Source: Vicugna vicugna
Lineage: Eukaryota
Assembly: GCA_013265495.1 (NCBI GenBank)
Contig: MU058584.1
Location: 4,594,508-4,658,507, forward strand
Reading direction: 5' to 3'
Length of the DNA stretch: 64,000 nucleotides
The notes beneath the pieces were generated by a model. It did not search any database. It worked only from the letters and a program-made list of their open reading frames with translations, and had not been told where the DNA came from. Positions 14,134-27,349 of the stretch are shown here, one piece after another (positions within the stretch are counted from its first letter, which is position 1; the number at the start of each line of letters is the position of its first letter). Position numbers and translations under genes: made by a program.

Positions 14134-16119
14134 CATAAATTAGGTTATGTCACCCCTGTTTAAAATCCTCAGGGGCTCCCCATTGCTCTTAAAATAAGAC
14201 CCAGACTCATACCCTGGTCTGCAAGGTCCTGCATGACCTAGACCTGCCAGCCTCTCAGTTGACGCATTCATTCCCCTGGCTCACTGCATCTCAGCACACC
14301 AGCTGCTGCTTTTCTCTTCCTTACTCATCCGGCTGGTTAGCGTATCTAGGACCTTTTCAGTGGCTGTTTCCTCTGCCTAAAAAGACGCTGTCCCCCAGCT
14401 TCACTAATAATCAAACATACAGTTGGAGTCTTAGCCCTGGTCACCCAGTGTGAAGTTGCCTCATGTGCCTTCTCACACCCTCCCTCTCGTTCAGTCACTC
14501 TCTGGTCAACTAAGAGCAGAGACGTAGTCTGTCTTGTTCATAGCTGGGTATCTCGCTCCTGGAACAGTGCCCAGCACATTATAGTTGCTCAGTAAATGTT
14601 TGGTGAATGAATGGGTGAGTGAATGAACTAGTATCATCAGATCTCTAGCTACTGAGTCTTGTATTGATTCTGTATTTTAAAGTAAATACTTTTGTAAAGG
14701 TTAGCCTGGGAAACTGTTTTTGTGGGACACAGGTTTCCTTTGGAAAATTTTTTTCATGTCTCCCTCCCTACCCCCACCCCCAGCAAAGTAAGTATCTCTT
14801 CATATCTTATCTTCCCCACCAAAAATAATTCCTTGAAGAAATATTTTTAACAGAATAAAAGGACCTTTTTTTTTTTTTTTTTTTACAAATGTAAACCTGA
14901 TTTACAAAAGCAGTTTGGTGTCTACTTTTGAAAACAGTGGATAGAGAAGCGATCCTTACTTCTAGTTTTCATTTAAAAGAACACAGTGTTCCTCAGTCCT
15001 CCTTGGTCTATAATTGCCAGCCGGAAATTTGTTTTAAAGGGTTGAACTGCTTTGCAATGTTACTACCTCAGTAGTACTTTGTGGACAAAAGACTTCATTT
15101 ATTTTTAGAAACTGGGTTTGTACTCTGAGATGACTCTGCAATTAAAAGAGAAGGATTTGAGAAAAGAACAAATGTTCTGCTCTCTTCCTCATTCCAGAAG
15201 CCACTGTCCATGATCCTGTGACCTGTGTAAGAGACCCTTAGCCCTCACTTGACTCTCTCGCTTGCTTTAGACTCTGCAGAATTCTAATGTCTGATGTCAA
15301 CTCCCTGATTTAAAGGCTGTGGTATTTCTTCTGAACCCTTCATTTCCCCGTCTTCATTCATAGTGTGACAACCAGAAAGAACCTGGGTAGCCCTACACAT
15401 TTTGAAAAAGGCTAATTCTGCTTCCTCATGCTCCACTAATAGGACAGAATAGGTTTGTTGAAAGTAGTCAGTCATATCCTGTTCATGATAATCTAGTTAA
15501 ACAGAAAACTTCGTGTGTTGTTCTCCCATGAAAATATATCACACAATAAAAACAGTGTAATCTCTTTTATACTAATATCCCTTAGGTAGCCTTTTATTGA
15601 CGACAAAGTCTTCCACTGTGTTTCGAGTCCTTAATGATCTGTGAAGATCTATTATAATCTTATTGTTCATGTTTTACACATGTGAATTGAACACTTTTAA
15701 TAATAGCTAAAATTTGTATGAGGCAGGTTACAAATCGTATACACACACATTATATCATTAGTTTGGCATTGCAATGGAGTCAGCATAGAGGGGATTTAAT
15801 CTAACTCACTTGGACAGTTAAACATAGTCCCTTCTGTATACTGGTGTTGCTGACTTAGAATCTAGTGGAAGTGTGTAAGCCTCTGCAGATAACAGAATTT
15901 TAGGATTCAGTCTTCTCTTGTGTTGACGGTGGGACTGAACTATTTCCCATATAGCTAACCTTTTTCTCCCCCCAGCTTACCTTGGAGAAATGTTTGTGGC
16001 GGAAAGGGTTCCATCCTAGAGGTGGTCGTGATAGGATACTGTTGCCTTCTTTATATACCTCAATGTAATATATTATGTATCATAAGTTTTTATAGTAAAA
16101 TGTATATTCCTTTATTTGA

Positions 16120-16490
16120 TAAACATTCATTGAGCATCGTATACTAGGCCCTGAGGATATAAGATAAAAAGAAACAGCTCCTACCTTCCCAGGAGCTCAC
16201 AGTCTAGTCTGCAAGGAGATATGCAGACAAACTACTAGAGTCATCGTTCTGCGGTACCTGTGAACCATTCTGGAGTGTGGAGGAAGGAGTTCATTCTGCA
16301 GGTTGGGTTTTGAAAAAGTCTGGGGAAAGCGTCACGAAGGGCATTAATAGTTGGCGGCACCGAGATGAGTAAGCGGAACCTTCCGAGCTGAGAACTGGGT
16401 GAAAGCGCCCAAGCAGCGGGGCAGCAAGTGTAAACCTTGAAGCCCGAGCGCGCGCCGCGCTGGCTCCTGGGCTGCAGCGGCACCCTCGCC
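16120..16490 (-). mobile_element. L2 fragment with a CpG-rich distal part
   Basis: aaacattcattgagcatc...ccctgaggatataag...ccaggagctcacagtctagt is the antisense L2 tail. The continuation loosely follows L2. Confidence 0.55.
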
Positions 16491-16986
16491 TGAGTGTCGG
16501 GCTGGACAAGCTGCCTGGGGCAGAGGCTCTGTCTGTTTTGTCACCGTTGTATCCTGGGACAGATACTTAGTTTTAAAAATCTTTTTATAAACAGAAGTAT
16601 ACAGATCCTCAAGAAGGCCCCCAGATTCTCACACAGCGTCCCTCTCACTCCCCTTGGTGACACCTGACACACCTCCTTGGGCTCCTAGACACCAAGGAAC
16701 ACAGTTTGGAAACCACTGCAGTAGACCATAATATATCAAGATCTTTAGGGTCATTTCTTTTCAATTCTGGTATCTCTAGAATGACATGCACATTCAGAGT
16801 TAATGGTGCTATGTTTTGTATTTGTCTCTAGAGGCAAAAAAAAAAAATCAGCTGTGAACTGGTTTTTACAGGACGATGTGTTGAATTACATACATTCTAA
16901 TCAGTCTGAAATAAACAGGTATTGAAAATTATTTTAATTGTAATAGTAAAGATACTACGTGTTTGTCTCATATCTGTGTTTTCCAG

Positions 16987-17051
16987 ACCGGTTGGAGGGT
17001 GACAGATCAGAAGGCTCTGGCCAGGAGAATGAAAACGAGGATGAGGAATAA
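16987..17051 (+). CDS. DCAF6: DCAF6 terminal coding exon (stop TAA 17049-17051)
   Basis: gttttccag|AC CGG...GAA TAA; phase 1 matches the previous exon. Encodes (D)RLEGDRSEGSGQENENEDEE*. Confidence 0.95.
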
Positions 17052-17450
17052 TCAGCTCCTACCGGCAAGCACTTAGATGTTCTGAAATTTGTATAAGACA
17101 TTTATTATATTTTTTTCTTTACAAAGCTTTAGTGCAATTTTAAGGTTATGGTTTTTTGGAGTTTTTCCCTTTTTTTGGGATAACCTAACATTGGTTTGGA
17201 ATGATTGTGTGCATGAATTTGGGAGCGTGTGTCAAACAAAACTAGCAAAATGTTTCGAAAACCTTTTGCCATGTATGAGGAGTGCTAGAAAATACAAAGT
17301 GCAATATTTTCCCTAACCTTCAGATGTGGGAGCTTGGATCAATGTTGAAGAGTAATTTTCATTATAGTGAAAATGTTGGTTCAAATAAATTTCTACACTT
17401 GCCATTTGCATGTTTGTTGCTTTCTAATTAAAGAAGTTGGTTGTTTTAAG
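17052..17450 (+). other. DCAF6: DCAF6 3' UTR
   Basis: U-rich sequence after the stop, followed by poly(A) signals and T/GT-rich downstream tracts. The end is approximate. Confidence 0.75.
17384..17432 (+). terminator. DCAF6: DCAF6 polyadenylation signals AATAAA (17384-17389) and ATTAAA (17427-17432)
   Basis: Both hexamers are read directly and are followed by GT/T-rich elements. Confidence 0.7.
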
Positions 17451-18693
17451 ATATCCTGAATTGGCCTTTTTATTTAATACCTTGCCACCTTGACCCACGT
17501 TTTCCAAATCTTTTCTCGTAACATCAGATTGTCTTTCTCTATTCTTGTCTAGATTTAATAACCTTTTTTTGTTTTGTTTTGACTTCCGTGTGACAGACTC
17601 ACATAGAAGAGCTTTTTTCATTTCTCCTTCCAGAGTACTTTATCTCCAACCTCAGCTTCATCTCTCATGACTTGGTTGTACCTTATTAACCAAGTACAGG
17701 AGGCAGGCTTCCAGCAAAAATCGCAGCATCCTGGATAGCTCACATACGTATTAGCACAAGCTCTTGCTTCTGACCCTCCTGTCTCCAACTTCTAAGATCT
17801 CAGCTGAAGGTTGTTGACCATCCAGTCCTCTAATTCCTGGTCTTCCTCATCTCTGGTGTCCACCTTCACTCAAATTAAGCCATGTACACCCAGGCCTGTG
17901 TCCTATAGGTCCTGCAGACTTACCCCTTCAGACATCCTCCCTCCCGTCCCCTAAGCTGCCATGCTGCTCTCTCTGGGCCCTGAATAGACTCACAGGTGTG
18001 GCCAAGCGAAGCACCCCTCTCCCGTGTGGACACCAGGGACCGCTCCTCCCCAGAAGATGGCTGCAAGCCCAGGGACACCTGCTGCTGAGAGAAGACAGGT
18101 TGGGCTTTTGGATAGAGGAAAAGTAGTTGGCTCAGTAACACCGGACTATGCTAAATGGCCAAAGGGGAAGGAGTTAGTTAGAGGCTGGGCCAAACAGGGC
18201 AACTGCATGATTTCTGAAAAGTGTCAGGGTCTTAGTTTCTGGTTCCCAAATAGTTATATGACCTGCTCAAGCCATCTGACCTCTCTGGGCTTGTTTCTTC
18301 CTCCCTAAAATGGCGGTAACCATACCTGCACCACCTGTGTCCCAGGAGCTGTGTTAGGATCACACGAAACCACGGAGGTTGAAAGGCTTCACAGAATAAC
18401 TGAAAAGACCACCGCAGCACACGGTATGGCATTATTTCCTCCACTGTAATGAAACAGGAACAGAGCTGTGCTAGAGACAAGTGCTGGAAAACTGGCTGAC
18501 GGAGGACTCTGTGGGGTCAAGGAGTAACTCCTTGGCAGGAAAAACAAGAAGAAAATCAAAATGGCATTTGTCCACCCTGGTGCAGGATGCTGATAGTGGG
18601 GGAGGCTGTGCAGCTGAGGGTGGGGCGATTCTGAGCTTTTTGCTCAATTTTGCTGGGAACCTAAAACTGCTCTAAAACTTTTTTTTTTTAATT

Positions 18694-18822
18694 TGGAACT
18701 ATAGTCAATAGGTTACTATAATGAAGAAGTGTGTGTATAATTGAATCACTTGTGCTGTACACCGGCGATTAATACAACGCTGTAAATTGACTACACTTCA
18801 ATTAAAAACAAAATTTTTTTAA
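18694..18822 (+). mobile_element. Short lineage-specific L1 3'-end fragment
   Basis: ggaactatagtcaata...gaatcacttgtgctgtacacc...gactacacttcaattaaaa, homologous to 36050-36175. Confidence 0.7.
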
Positions 18823-19219
18823 AGTAACATTCGTTCAGAGAATTAGGCCCCCTACTTTTAGTGATTTTGCGGTTTTGGTGGTTACAGAGGAGCAGGGCAA
18901 GTCAGACTGGCAGTCAAGGAGGCAGCGGAGAGAAAACCTACAGAGGCGGAGTTGACACGCCCGGGCCGCTTCTGTGATTCCACATGTGTTGCAGGGGGGT
19001 GGGGGGAACCCCAGTAAGTTAGACTCTGGACCCTAGTGCCCACTTCCCCACTCAGAGAAAGGAATATGACTTTAGTGGGGCAGGTGTGGGTAGATAAAGG
19101 TGGTGGACTTTGCTGCCTGAGATGGTTCCTAGTCTAACAATCTACCACCTACCCTCTGACTTTAGTTATGGGATGGCCATATGGAGACAGCACTGCTAGT
19201 CATCAAACCTTTAAAAACT

Positions 19220-22200
19220 TTAGGTTAAGAGTGTTTGCTGTGTATTTCTTGATCATGCTGGAAGTCATTTAACAATGTTCCATGAATCTAATTGTCTTGG
19301 GGAAATTTATGAAAAAACACCACAGATAAAGGTACCCAGGGGACTCTGGAATAGACATCCCCACCCCCCAATTCTGCAATAATTGGCGTCTTCCTGCTCA
19401 GTCTCCCTTTTAGCCCACAGGAAGGGAGGCTGGAGGCAGGGATATATCTGCGGAAGACGGGTAAGGGGTCAAGGGGGAGACACCCAGAAGTCTGCAGGCC
19501 ACGACTTCAAGTACAGATTCACAATTCCCAGTTACACACATATCCCAAACAGCTACTTAGTCAGGTACAAGAAAGCTATTCTAAGTATTTTACTTGTTTT
19601 ATAAATATTGATGTATAATAATCCTAAGCAGTTTTCTTACTTTTAACAGACATCATCTAAAACCTTCAAGCAAAATACGTTTCAGGACTAGCTTGTCTTT
19701 ATTTTGCTTTGAAGGTTGGTTTTTAACCACTTTTGCATCTGGGGCTCCATTATCAGAACACAGCAGAGGACTCTGTCCCTGGAGCAGGTCTACACCACTG
19801 ACTGAGAGCTATTTCCAGGCACTCTCAGCGGGGCCTCCCCTGCCCAGACCTGCGCTCCTCCCTGGGGCTGCCTTCTCCTCTGGGAGGGGCGGACTCGCCT
19901 ATGATAAATGATAGTTCAAAATGGCTGCATCAAAAGGAAAAACAGAAGTGGCCTCTAATTCCTAAGCCACTAATACTGCTCAGGAAAATGCTTTCCGGGG
20001 GAAATGAACCCAGCTTTGCATGTTACGTTCTCCTAAAAGTAACACTGAGCAGAACTGTGCTCCTGGTAATCGGATGCAGATTTGAGTTTGTGCTTTGAAT
20101 TCTTTCCAGTGAATCCAACCAGTCATTTTCTTTAGGGTTGCAGAGTTCTGTTTTGTTTTGTTTTTAGGTCTGGCAAGCAGACATTCCAACCTCCCAGGCT
20201 CCTTGGCTTACAACAGTTCTTGCTACCCGCCTAATACAGCCTTGCTGGCCCATTCTTCCAATGACGGCGACTGTGAACTAACCTGCACCCCTCCCCTTCG
20301 GGCTGCAAAGCCGGCTCTTTCCTGCTCTCAGTCACAGGCCAAGAGCTGGCACTTGGCCCTGAGTCAGGAAATTCCCTTTACTTCCCGAGGCCTCCTTGGA
20401 TTCTGGGTATATCCGTCCTGAACCCAGGCCAGTCTGTCTCTGTCCCCTCTTGGGGTCACAGCCATTTTCCTTTGCTTCAGGGTGAAAGTTGTGACTGCTC
20501 CTCTCTCTCCCACTGGCGTCATCGGGGTTCTGGGTACACTGGGTGGCAGCATGGACCCCTGCCCCACGCTGCCTCTTTCCTCGGGGCTCACAGGGTCAGA
20601 GAGTCTGTGAACCCAAGAGCCACGGCCACACAGTCACTGTCACTGCAGGACAGAGCTGTCCTTAGAACCCAGGTCACATCTTGGGGAGGGCGTCCCTTCC
20701 AGGCTATAAGGGAGGTGAAGGCTGAGCTTGTTCTTTGATCCCAGAGCCACCCAGCCATGAGGCTCCATCGTCTCTGACAGCTAGGAACAGGAAAGCTCAG
20801 GTTCACTCCTTCAGATCTCCCGAACTCCAGGTGCTACGTAGCCTTTCCTCCCTCCTCGCTGTTGCCTTCTCCCTTCTCACAACATCCCTTCCCAAAAGAT
20901 CCTTCCGTCCTGTACTGCAAACATGATGATTCCCATGGCAACAACCTTCAACACCTCCTATCCAGGGTAACAGTTATCTTTCCAAGAGTCTCACTTCCCA
21001 TCATAGCCCTGGAAAGCAAGAATAACGCACCCACCCACAGGGTGAGGAGGAACAGCAGTGGCCCTGCGTCAGGTACTGTGCTGGATGCTTTAATCCACGT
21101 AACACCTGGGAGGGAGGCCCCCCGGCTTCTGTGTCCTCACACAGAAACAGACTACAAAGTTCATTTTCTAGATGAGAAAACTGCAAGGCTGAGTAACCAG
21201 CCCAAGGACACCTCACTACTAAGCAGCAATGTGGGATCTGAACCCAGAACTCAGCATACCAAAGCCTGTGCTGTCTCTACTGTATCACGGTCGCACTGAC
21301 TGCAGTAAGATACAGCATTTGAAGGTGCCTAATGCCAAGTGCATGACAGGCACTCAGATATCTCAGCAGGGCAGGCACACAGTAGGCACTCAATACATGC
21401 TAGTTCCCCGCCTCACCCTTCTGTAGCCACATCACGCCCACAGTACCTTCCAGACTGGAGAGCCGGGGCTCAAGGCAGAACCCTTCTCGTGAGTGTTTCC
21501 TGTGGTCCATCCAGAGACCTGTCTCTAATCTGCAAATATATCAAGGACCAACTGTCAGGACAGGAGGATACTCATAGTATTAACTCCGAACGGCAGGAAG
21601 ATCTCTCATTGTATGAAGGCACTCTCCCCACTGTCCCATCCCACAGACCACCCTGGCCTGTTGCAAATACTTGAGCTGGGCTCGCCGGTCGCTCAGTACA
21701 CAGCAGCTCCTTAAATGAGGATCAAAGAACATTAGCATGGATGGGCGTCATCCTACATTCTTCAGTCCCTCTTAGACACCAGCGGTTTGCTTAAGCTCAC
21801 ACAGCTGCGGTGCCTGCAACCCTGAATGGGGTCACATGTGGAAGCAAGCTAGCTGGGTGGTCCCTTCAAGGCTGAGGACTGCAGAGGACACAAGGACTGA
21901 GAGGAAGAGCTCTATGCCAGAAGCAAACGGAGCCTTCGGTTTACCCTTAGCTCTTTGCTTTCAGGAACTGCCAGCAGCATCACAGCCAAGCTGCTGCCAC
22001 CTATCGCCCAAGGCCCTGAACTCCAGTCCTGGTGCGTCTGGCCTGGGAAACGGCTAGGGGTTGAGCTGTGTGCTCTGGAGTGTGCTGGGTCACAAACATG
22101 GTATCGGGGGCACAGCACGGGGACCCGGTCAAACAGCAATCTCAATGAAAGAAGCAGAGATGGGAAAAAGTCCTAAACGTGGTCCTGTCAACACCAGAAG

Positions 22201-25025
22201 ATGCAGGACTAAGGTTTTTAAGTAAATAAATAGCCAAATGCCCCACCGGGCACTGTCCAGGTGGCCTCCTCAGGCAGGCCTCGGGCTGCCAGCACACAGA
22301 ATACAGCTGATGGACCTGGGTTCAGAGGGGGGCAGTTGGGGTTTTGACCTTTTGCACTAAGGACAAGTGTCCTCAAAAATGCCTCTCAGAAACCTCAGAA
22401 TATATAAGGATTATCTCTGCTTCTTCTCCTCATTCACCTCCTTCTTGCATGCTCTCTCTCAAGCTGAATCAGGAAAAACCTGAATTCCCAAATATGCAAA
22501 ATATGGTTCCAGCCGCCAGATACCCTCCAAGGCTTGGCTCAAACTGTCACCTCCTGCACGGAGCTGTCCCGAACTCCTCGAGTTGGAAATAGTCACCTCC
22601 CTCTGGAGCCCACAGTTCTACAATCATTACTTGATTTTGCTATTTACTAGCCTCAGTCTCCCCCAGGTCTCTTCCTCCATTAGAGTGAAAATGCTTCAGT
22701 GTTACTGTTCACAGAGCCCAGCCTGGGGCCTTGCGCATGCTGGACGTGCAGTGTCTGGTAGATGACTTTAGGAAAGGGGAAACGCAGTGCATGCTTTTGT
22801 GAAGTGCAGTATTTCTAGATGAGCTTAGGGTAAATTCTAGTGTATCCCAGCTAGTCTGGGGTCAGCTGGTGGGGACCCGGGGGTCTCCAGACTCTCCCTA
22901 GAGCCCAGCCAAGTACAGTGCAGGGGAAGCACTCTCCAATGCATGGGTCCCAAGCCACTTTATAGCACTCAAAAAGGCCTAATGGGTTGGGTGGGGGGAA
23001 GCATCCTGGGTTATTCCAATCTAGAGGTAAAGATCTCTCTTCCCTGGTCCACCTCAGTGCATACTAGGCGCTCAGGAATGTGGCCCCTTTAGAAGCTAGA
23101 CAAGTGCTAAGAAAAGTTATACAGAGAAAACATAAAATGCCCTCGGATTTAGGAATGCCACCCCGTGGTGAGAGCAGTCTGATCGACCTGCACATCTCAT
23201 CAGCAGAACCCACGAGTGAAACCGCCCCCTGCTCCTCCGGAAAAGCCATCTGCTCCTTCCCACGCCCATTCGGAACCCAGACCAGCACCTGGCACCCAGC
23301 TGACCCACAAAAGTTGCTGATGAGTTTGATCAGCATAAAGGTAGCAAGGCCCCCAGGTCTCAGGAAAGGTCTTTTGTAAATTGCAGGCCAGAGGACCAGC
23401 CAACCACTCGTTCTGCCTCACCGAGAGCTAGCCAGACCCCAGAGCAACACCGCAAAGCTAATTCACCTTGGAGAACGGCTGCCTCACTGCAGATGCAGCC
23501 AGATATCCTCGGAATCCGCCGTCTGCTGACCAGCTAGAATTCTGAAGGTGGAGAAAAGCCCTGCACTCGGATGATTTCATCACCCAGGCTGGAGGAGGGG
23601 CACAGGTGGATCAAGTCGCCACAGCTGCTACTCCAAGCTCACACTTCAATTGCCATCCCAGTTCAAAGGGGAGGGGCGATCTAACCATCTGAATCACAAT
23701 CCTGTGGCCCTACTTCCACCTCTAAGGAGGTGGCCTCCTTCCCCATTTATCCGTCCTGCCAGTTGGCATCCTTTCAGGACCATGCTCTCAACAGACAAGT
23801 CGCATAAGCCAGCACACCTAGGCCGGCAGTGCTTCACAGCTCATTAGGAGCCACGCTCAAAAGCTGTGCAAATGCTGGTCCGTGAACCACTATTCTTTCC
23901 TACCCCTAACTTACAAATTCAGAGAACATCAAAGATCCAAGTTAGAAATGATCCTGGCCATGAGTCAATCCAACTGCCTGCTCCCTTAGCTCATTTTCCA
24001 GGTGGCCTATAGGTGACCAGAAGTCCCAAATGATGTGTTAAGGTGAGGTGGAGCCCAGCCAGGAGGCAGGTTGCTGACTCCAGGTCCAGCGTTCTTTCTA
24101 GTCTTGTCTTGAGCTGCCCTGGACAGGGACAGAGTAGCTGCTGCTCTTGGCAGTGTTCCCCATGCAATCAGAGGCCGGCCAGTCTAACTGGGCAGTCACA
24201 CATCACAAACAGAATCCACGCCATGAGGTTTTCCTATGTGAAGGGTTCCCTCCAGTGACAACAGCCTCCATTGCCTCGGTCAGCCTCTGTAAGATCGTGG
24301 TGTGTCCTAACCAAACGGACTGCTTTTTCTAATTCTGGAAATGAAGCATCTGGTATCTGCTCCTTCCTCCTGTCTTTTACAGTGGTTTCTCCCTTATTTT
24401 GAAATAACAAGCAATCAGTCAATAGGAAGGTGGGCACAATGGGCCCCATCCTCAGCCATAGCCGCCCCAGGCCTGTCGCCCCTGCCAGTGGCCCAGCACA
24501 AGCAGGTGGTTCCACCAGAGGTGAGGTCATAATCAGGACGCGAGGTATAGGAATGCAATCTGGGGGTCCTCCCCGGTTCCCATCAGGGGACCATTTATAG
24601 TGTAGAACGGACGGCCCCCCATGGCCCGCGTCAATCATGCAGAAGAGGTGCCGTCCTCCGAGTGCACAGGGAAGGGCTCACCTCCTGGGGCCCCTGGGAC
24701 CGCGCATGGCTGGACTCCCGGGACACAGGCTGTGGAGAAGAGGAAATGACCCGCAGGGCAGTCTTCCAAGCCATGGTCTCCAGCCCCTCTCTGCCCACCT
24801 CCCCAAAGTCCCAGCCACGTCTGCTTTGCTTTGTGCTCTCCATGCCTCCAGTCCCAGCCCTGGGACCGACGGGAAGCCCAGTGTGGTCTCACGACAGACA
24901 CTGAAGTCACTGACAGACATTGTTTTCAGTGTTTTTTTCTGATGGCTGCACACCAGAGGCTGCTCCCAGGGCCTCGGCACGCACGGTAACAGGCCTCCCT
25001 CCAGGGATGGTCCACCCGGAGGCCC
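19220..25025 (-). other. GPR161: GPR161 long 3' UTR (distal end uncertain)
   Basis: Follows the TGA at 25026. The first canonical minus-strand AATAAA I found is at 19703-19698; variant AATACA at 19246-19241. GPR161 is known to have a multi-kb 3' UTR. Confidence 0.55.
21045..21290 (-). mobile_element. MIR SINE within the GPR161 3' UTR
   Basis: cattttctagatgagaaaactgcaaggctgagtaaccagcccaaggacac...ggatctgaacccag matches the MIR core. Confidence 0.65.
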
Positions 25026-25291
25026 TCATCTCTGTTGTGCAGCTAGAACGTTGCCCTCTTCGATGCTCTGCAGCTGCAGCCTCTGACCGGCCAGGGTCCT
25101 GCTGCCTCGGCGGCCCCCGAAGCCAGCCCCCGGGACAGTCCGTGCGGCCAGCAAGACCCCCGGCAAAGCCTCCTCCCCAAATAAGTTCATCTTGGCCTCG
25201 GCCTCTATGGCTCTGGCCAAGCTGGCTGCGTAACTGTCCAAGGACTTGTGCACTTCGGCTCTCACGTGAAGAACAGGGTTCCTGGCAGCTT
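25026..25291 (-). CDS. GPR161: GPR161 terminal coding exon (C-tail with PKA-RI-binding amphipathic helix)
   Basis: ctctctcag|AA GCT...AGA TGA; 266 nt. Encodes (E)[44 protein letters not shown]...[12 protein letters not shown]. Confidence 0.97.
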
Positions 25292-26870
25292 CTGAGAGAG
25301 AAGGCAGGCAGAAAGAAGGTTAGCCGAGGGGCCAGCACCAATGGCGACCCCGGGGTCGGCCTGCTGTGGCCTCCCTGCCCCAGGGAGGGGAGGCAAACAA
25401 GGCGAAAGGGTGGGTTCTGGAGTCGGAGTCCCAAGGCTACCCTCTTTGACTCCTTTGCCTCCTATCTGGGGAATCTTAGAAATTCTTTAATCCAACCTCA
25501 GTTTTCTCATCTGTAAAGAGACAATCAGCCCACCCCTTACTTCGCTGGGTTACTGTGATAAACAGTTCTTCCTAAGGTGCCTAGTCTATGTGTGGCTCCT
25601 AGAAAAGGCTTGATAAATACTTTTCTGTTAATTATATTCAGATTTTTACAGACTTCCCTTATCTTTCAGCTCCCTGGAGCAAGCAATAGCTACGGTTACA
25701 AGCTTCCCCAAACCTGACTGTGTCTCTTTTCTCTTCGCACTTGCTCAGAGGTTCCCCGAAGCCATGGAGAACCTCGGGACTGGACGAACATGAGAGGGTC
25801 AGGTGCCCGCCGCCCAGGACTAGGACCTGACAACCAGCGTGCACAGAAGACAGGGAGGAATGTGGGTCTTGCTTTCACACCCAGGGCTTCATTACTGTCA
25901 ACCTCACTGCCTACTTTTCTCCTGGCATTTGGGGGGAACAGCCCATCCCCTCCTCCCCACATTTCCTGGAGCACGTAACTTCCAGCCCACTCTCCGAGAG
26001 GGAGGGAGAGGACGAGCCGTGTGGTCTCACACGTGTCCGCTCTCCTCCCCGCCTGCAGAGAAGGTGTCGTCAGAGTGGCCGTCCCCTAGCAAGTAGGCCT
26101 GACGGGGAAGCCTGGTGCGATGTGGGCTGGCCAGGCTGGGGAGGGCCTCGACCCATTTTGTTTAATACGGGAGTGATATATGATAAAGCCCACAAGGCTT
26201 CTGGTCCAAGCTCCGTTCCGGACTCCACTTTGCCAGTGAAGCGAATGATTTGGTATCTGCATCGCTGACAATCCGTCTGGAATCAGGGAGGGTGGTGGAG
26301 GAGACAGGACTCGTTATGACCCTAGGGCCCATATCCATTCTCGTCCTCAGCATTTCTGGAGAACACGGATCTTAAAGTCCCTGGACTCCTCCACCACGTC
26401 CCACCCAGCAAGGCCGGCGCCTGTCCTCACACGGTGGGATTCCCACGAAGAGATTCTTGCATCTGTGGGCAGCCTGGATGGCTCCTCTGTTACCTTCCAA
26501 TCAGCATGTCTAAATAGGAAACTAGACCTCAAGTTCGAGAGGCAACAAGAGTGCTGGGGTAGAGTTCAGAACAGGTGAAATCGAAAAATGTAGGGACCGG
26601 ACTATGGCAGGACTCCTTCCTCTCCAAGACCCACACGCCCCCATCAGCTTCAGGGGCAATGGAGGCTCGAGACGGCAGCCTTCACCTGTGGTGCACGCAC
26701 TGCACCATTATTTCCATTCCCCACCTGGGGAGGCTGAGGCTCAGAGAGGGCAAGTCCAGACTCAGAAGCACACATCATCCATAAAGGAAGGAAGCCACGG
26801 ACAGCTCAGAAACTGTGTTATCAGGTCAGGCAACTTCCCGAGGGAGGGGACGGGCATGTGGGCAGTGCGT

Positions 26871-27030
26871 GTCTCTGTGGGCCACTGCCTGTTTGTGTCT
26901 GTGTGTGTGTGTGTGTGCATATGTGTGTATGTATGTGTGTACATGTGTCTGTAGGCTACTGCTTGTGAGTGCGTATGTATGTGTGTGTGTATGTGTGGGT
27001 GTGTGTGCATGTGTCTGCAGGCCACTGCTC
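26871..27030 (+). repeat. TG-rich compound microsatellite with ~70-bp higher-order periodicity
   Basis: Interrupted (TG)n tracts separated by three copies of GG(C/T)(C/T)ACTGC near 26880, 26953 and 27020. Confidence 0.8.
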
Positions 27031-27229
27031 ACGCAACCTCAGATGCTGCTTGCTCTGAGAGCTGGGAAGCCTAAGGACTCAAGTGACGCTTGAAGGGTCA
27101 GGAGCGACCCGGGGGCCAGGGAAGGTGGGAGCCCTGGTGTGTTGGGGATGGGGACAGGCTGAGCCAAGGAGTCTTCCTAAGATCCTCTCGACTCCCCTGT
27201 TTTCCTGAAAGCATCCGCCAGACACCAAC

Positions 27230-27349
27230 CTCTGATCTGCTCCACTTCATCCTCGAAGGTCACCGAGCTCCTCCTCTTGGGTGGGCAAGTGCAGTGGGAG
27301 GGCGGGGTCTCCTCAGACGGGTAGTCCCCGAGCAGCATCACATCCGTGC
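27230..27349 (-). CDS. GPR161: GPR161 coding exon 4 of 5
   Basis: gtttcag|GC...AGAG|gttggt; 120 nt, phase 1 to 1. Encodes (G)[39 protein letters not shown] with the RRSS PKA consensus. Confidence 0.96.

Larger units (their letters stand above)
13620..14627 (+). mobile_element. L2 3' part, interrupted by MER58A and a short L1
   Basis: L2 segments on both sides of the inserts, ending in the L2 tail cagtgcccagcacattatagttgctcagtaaatgtttggtgaatgaatg. Confidence 0.7.

Noticed and set aside
16470..16495. CTCF motif in the CpG patch
   Set aside because: AGGCGAGGGTGCCGC matches the CCASYAGRKGGCRS core poorly.
18694..18822. Second A-to-G hyperedited L1 tail
   Set aside because: Only a few A>G differences from the other copies; not distinguishable from ordinary divergence by eye.
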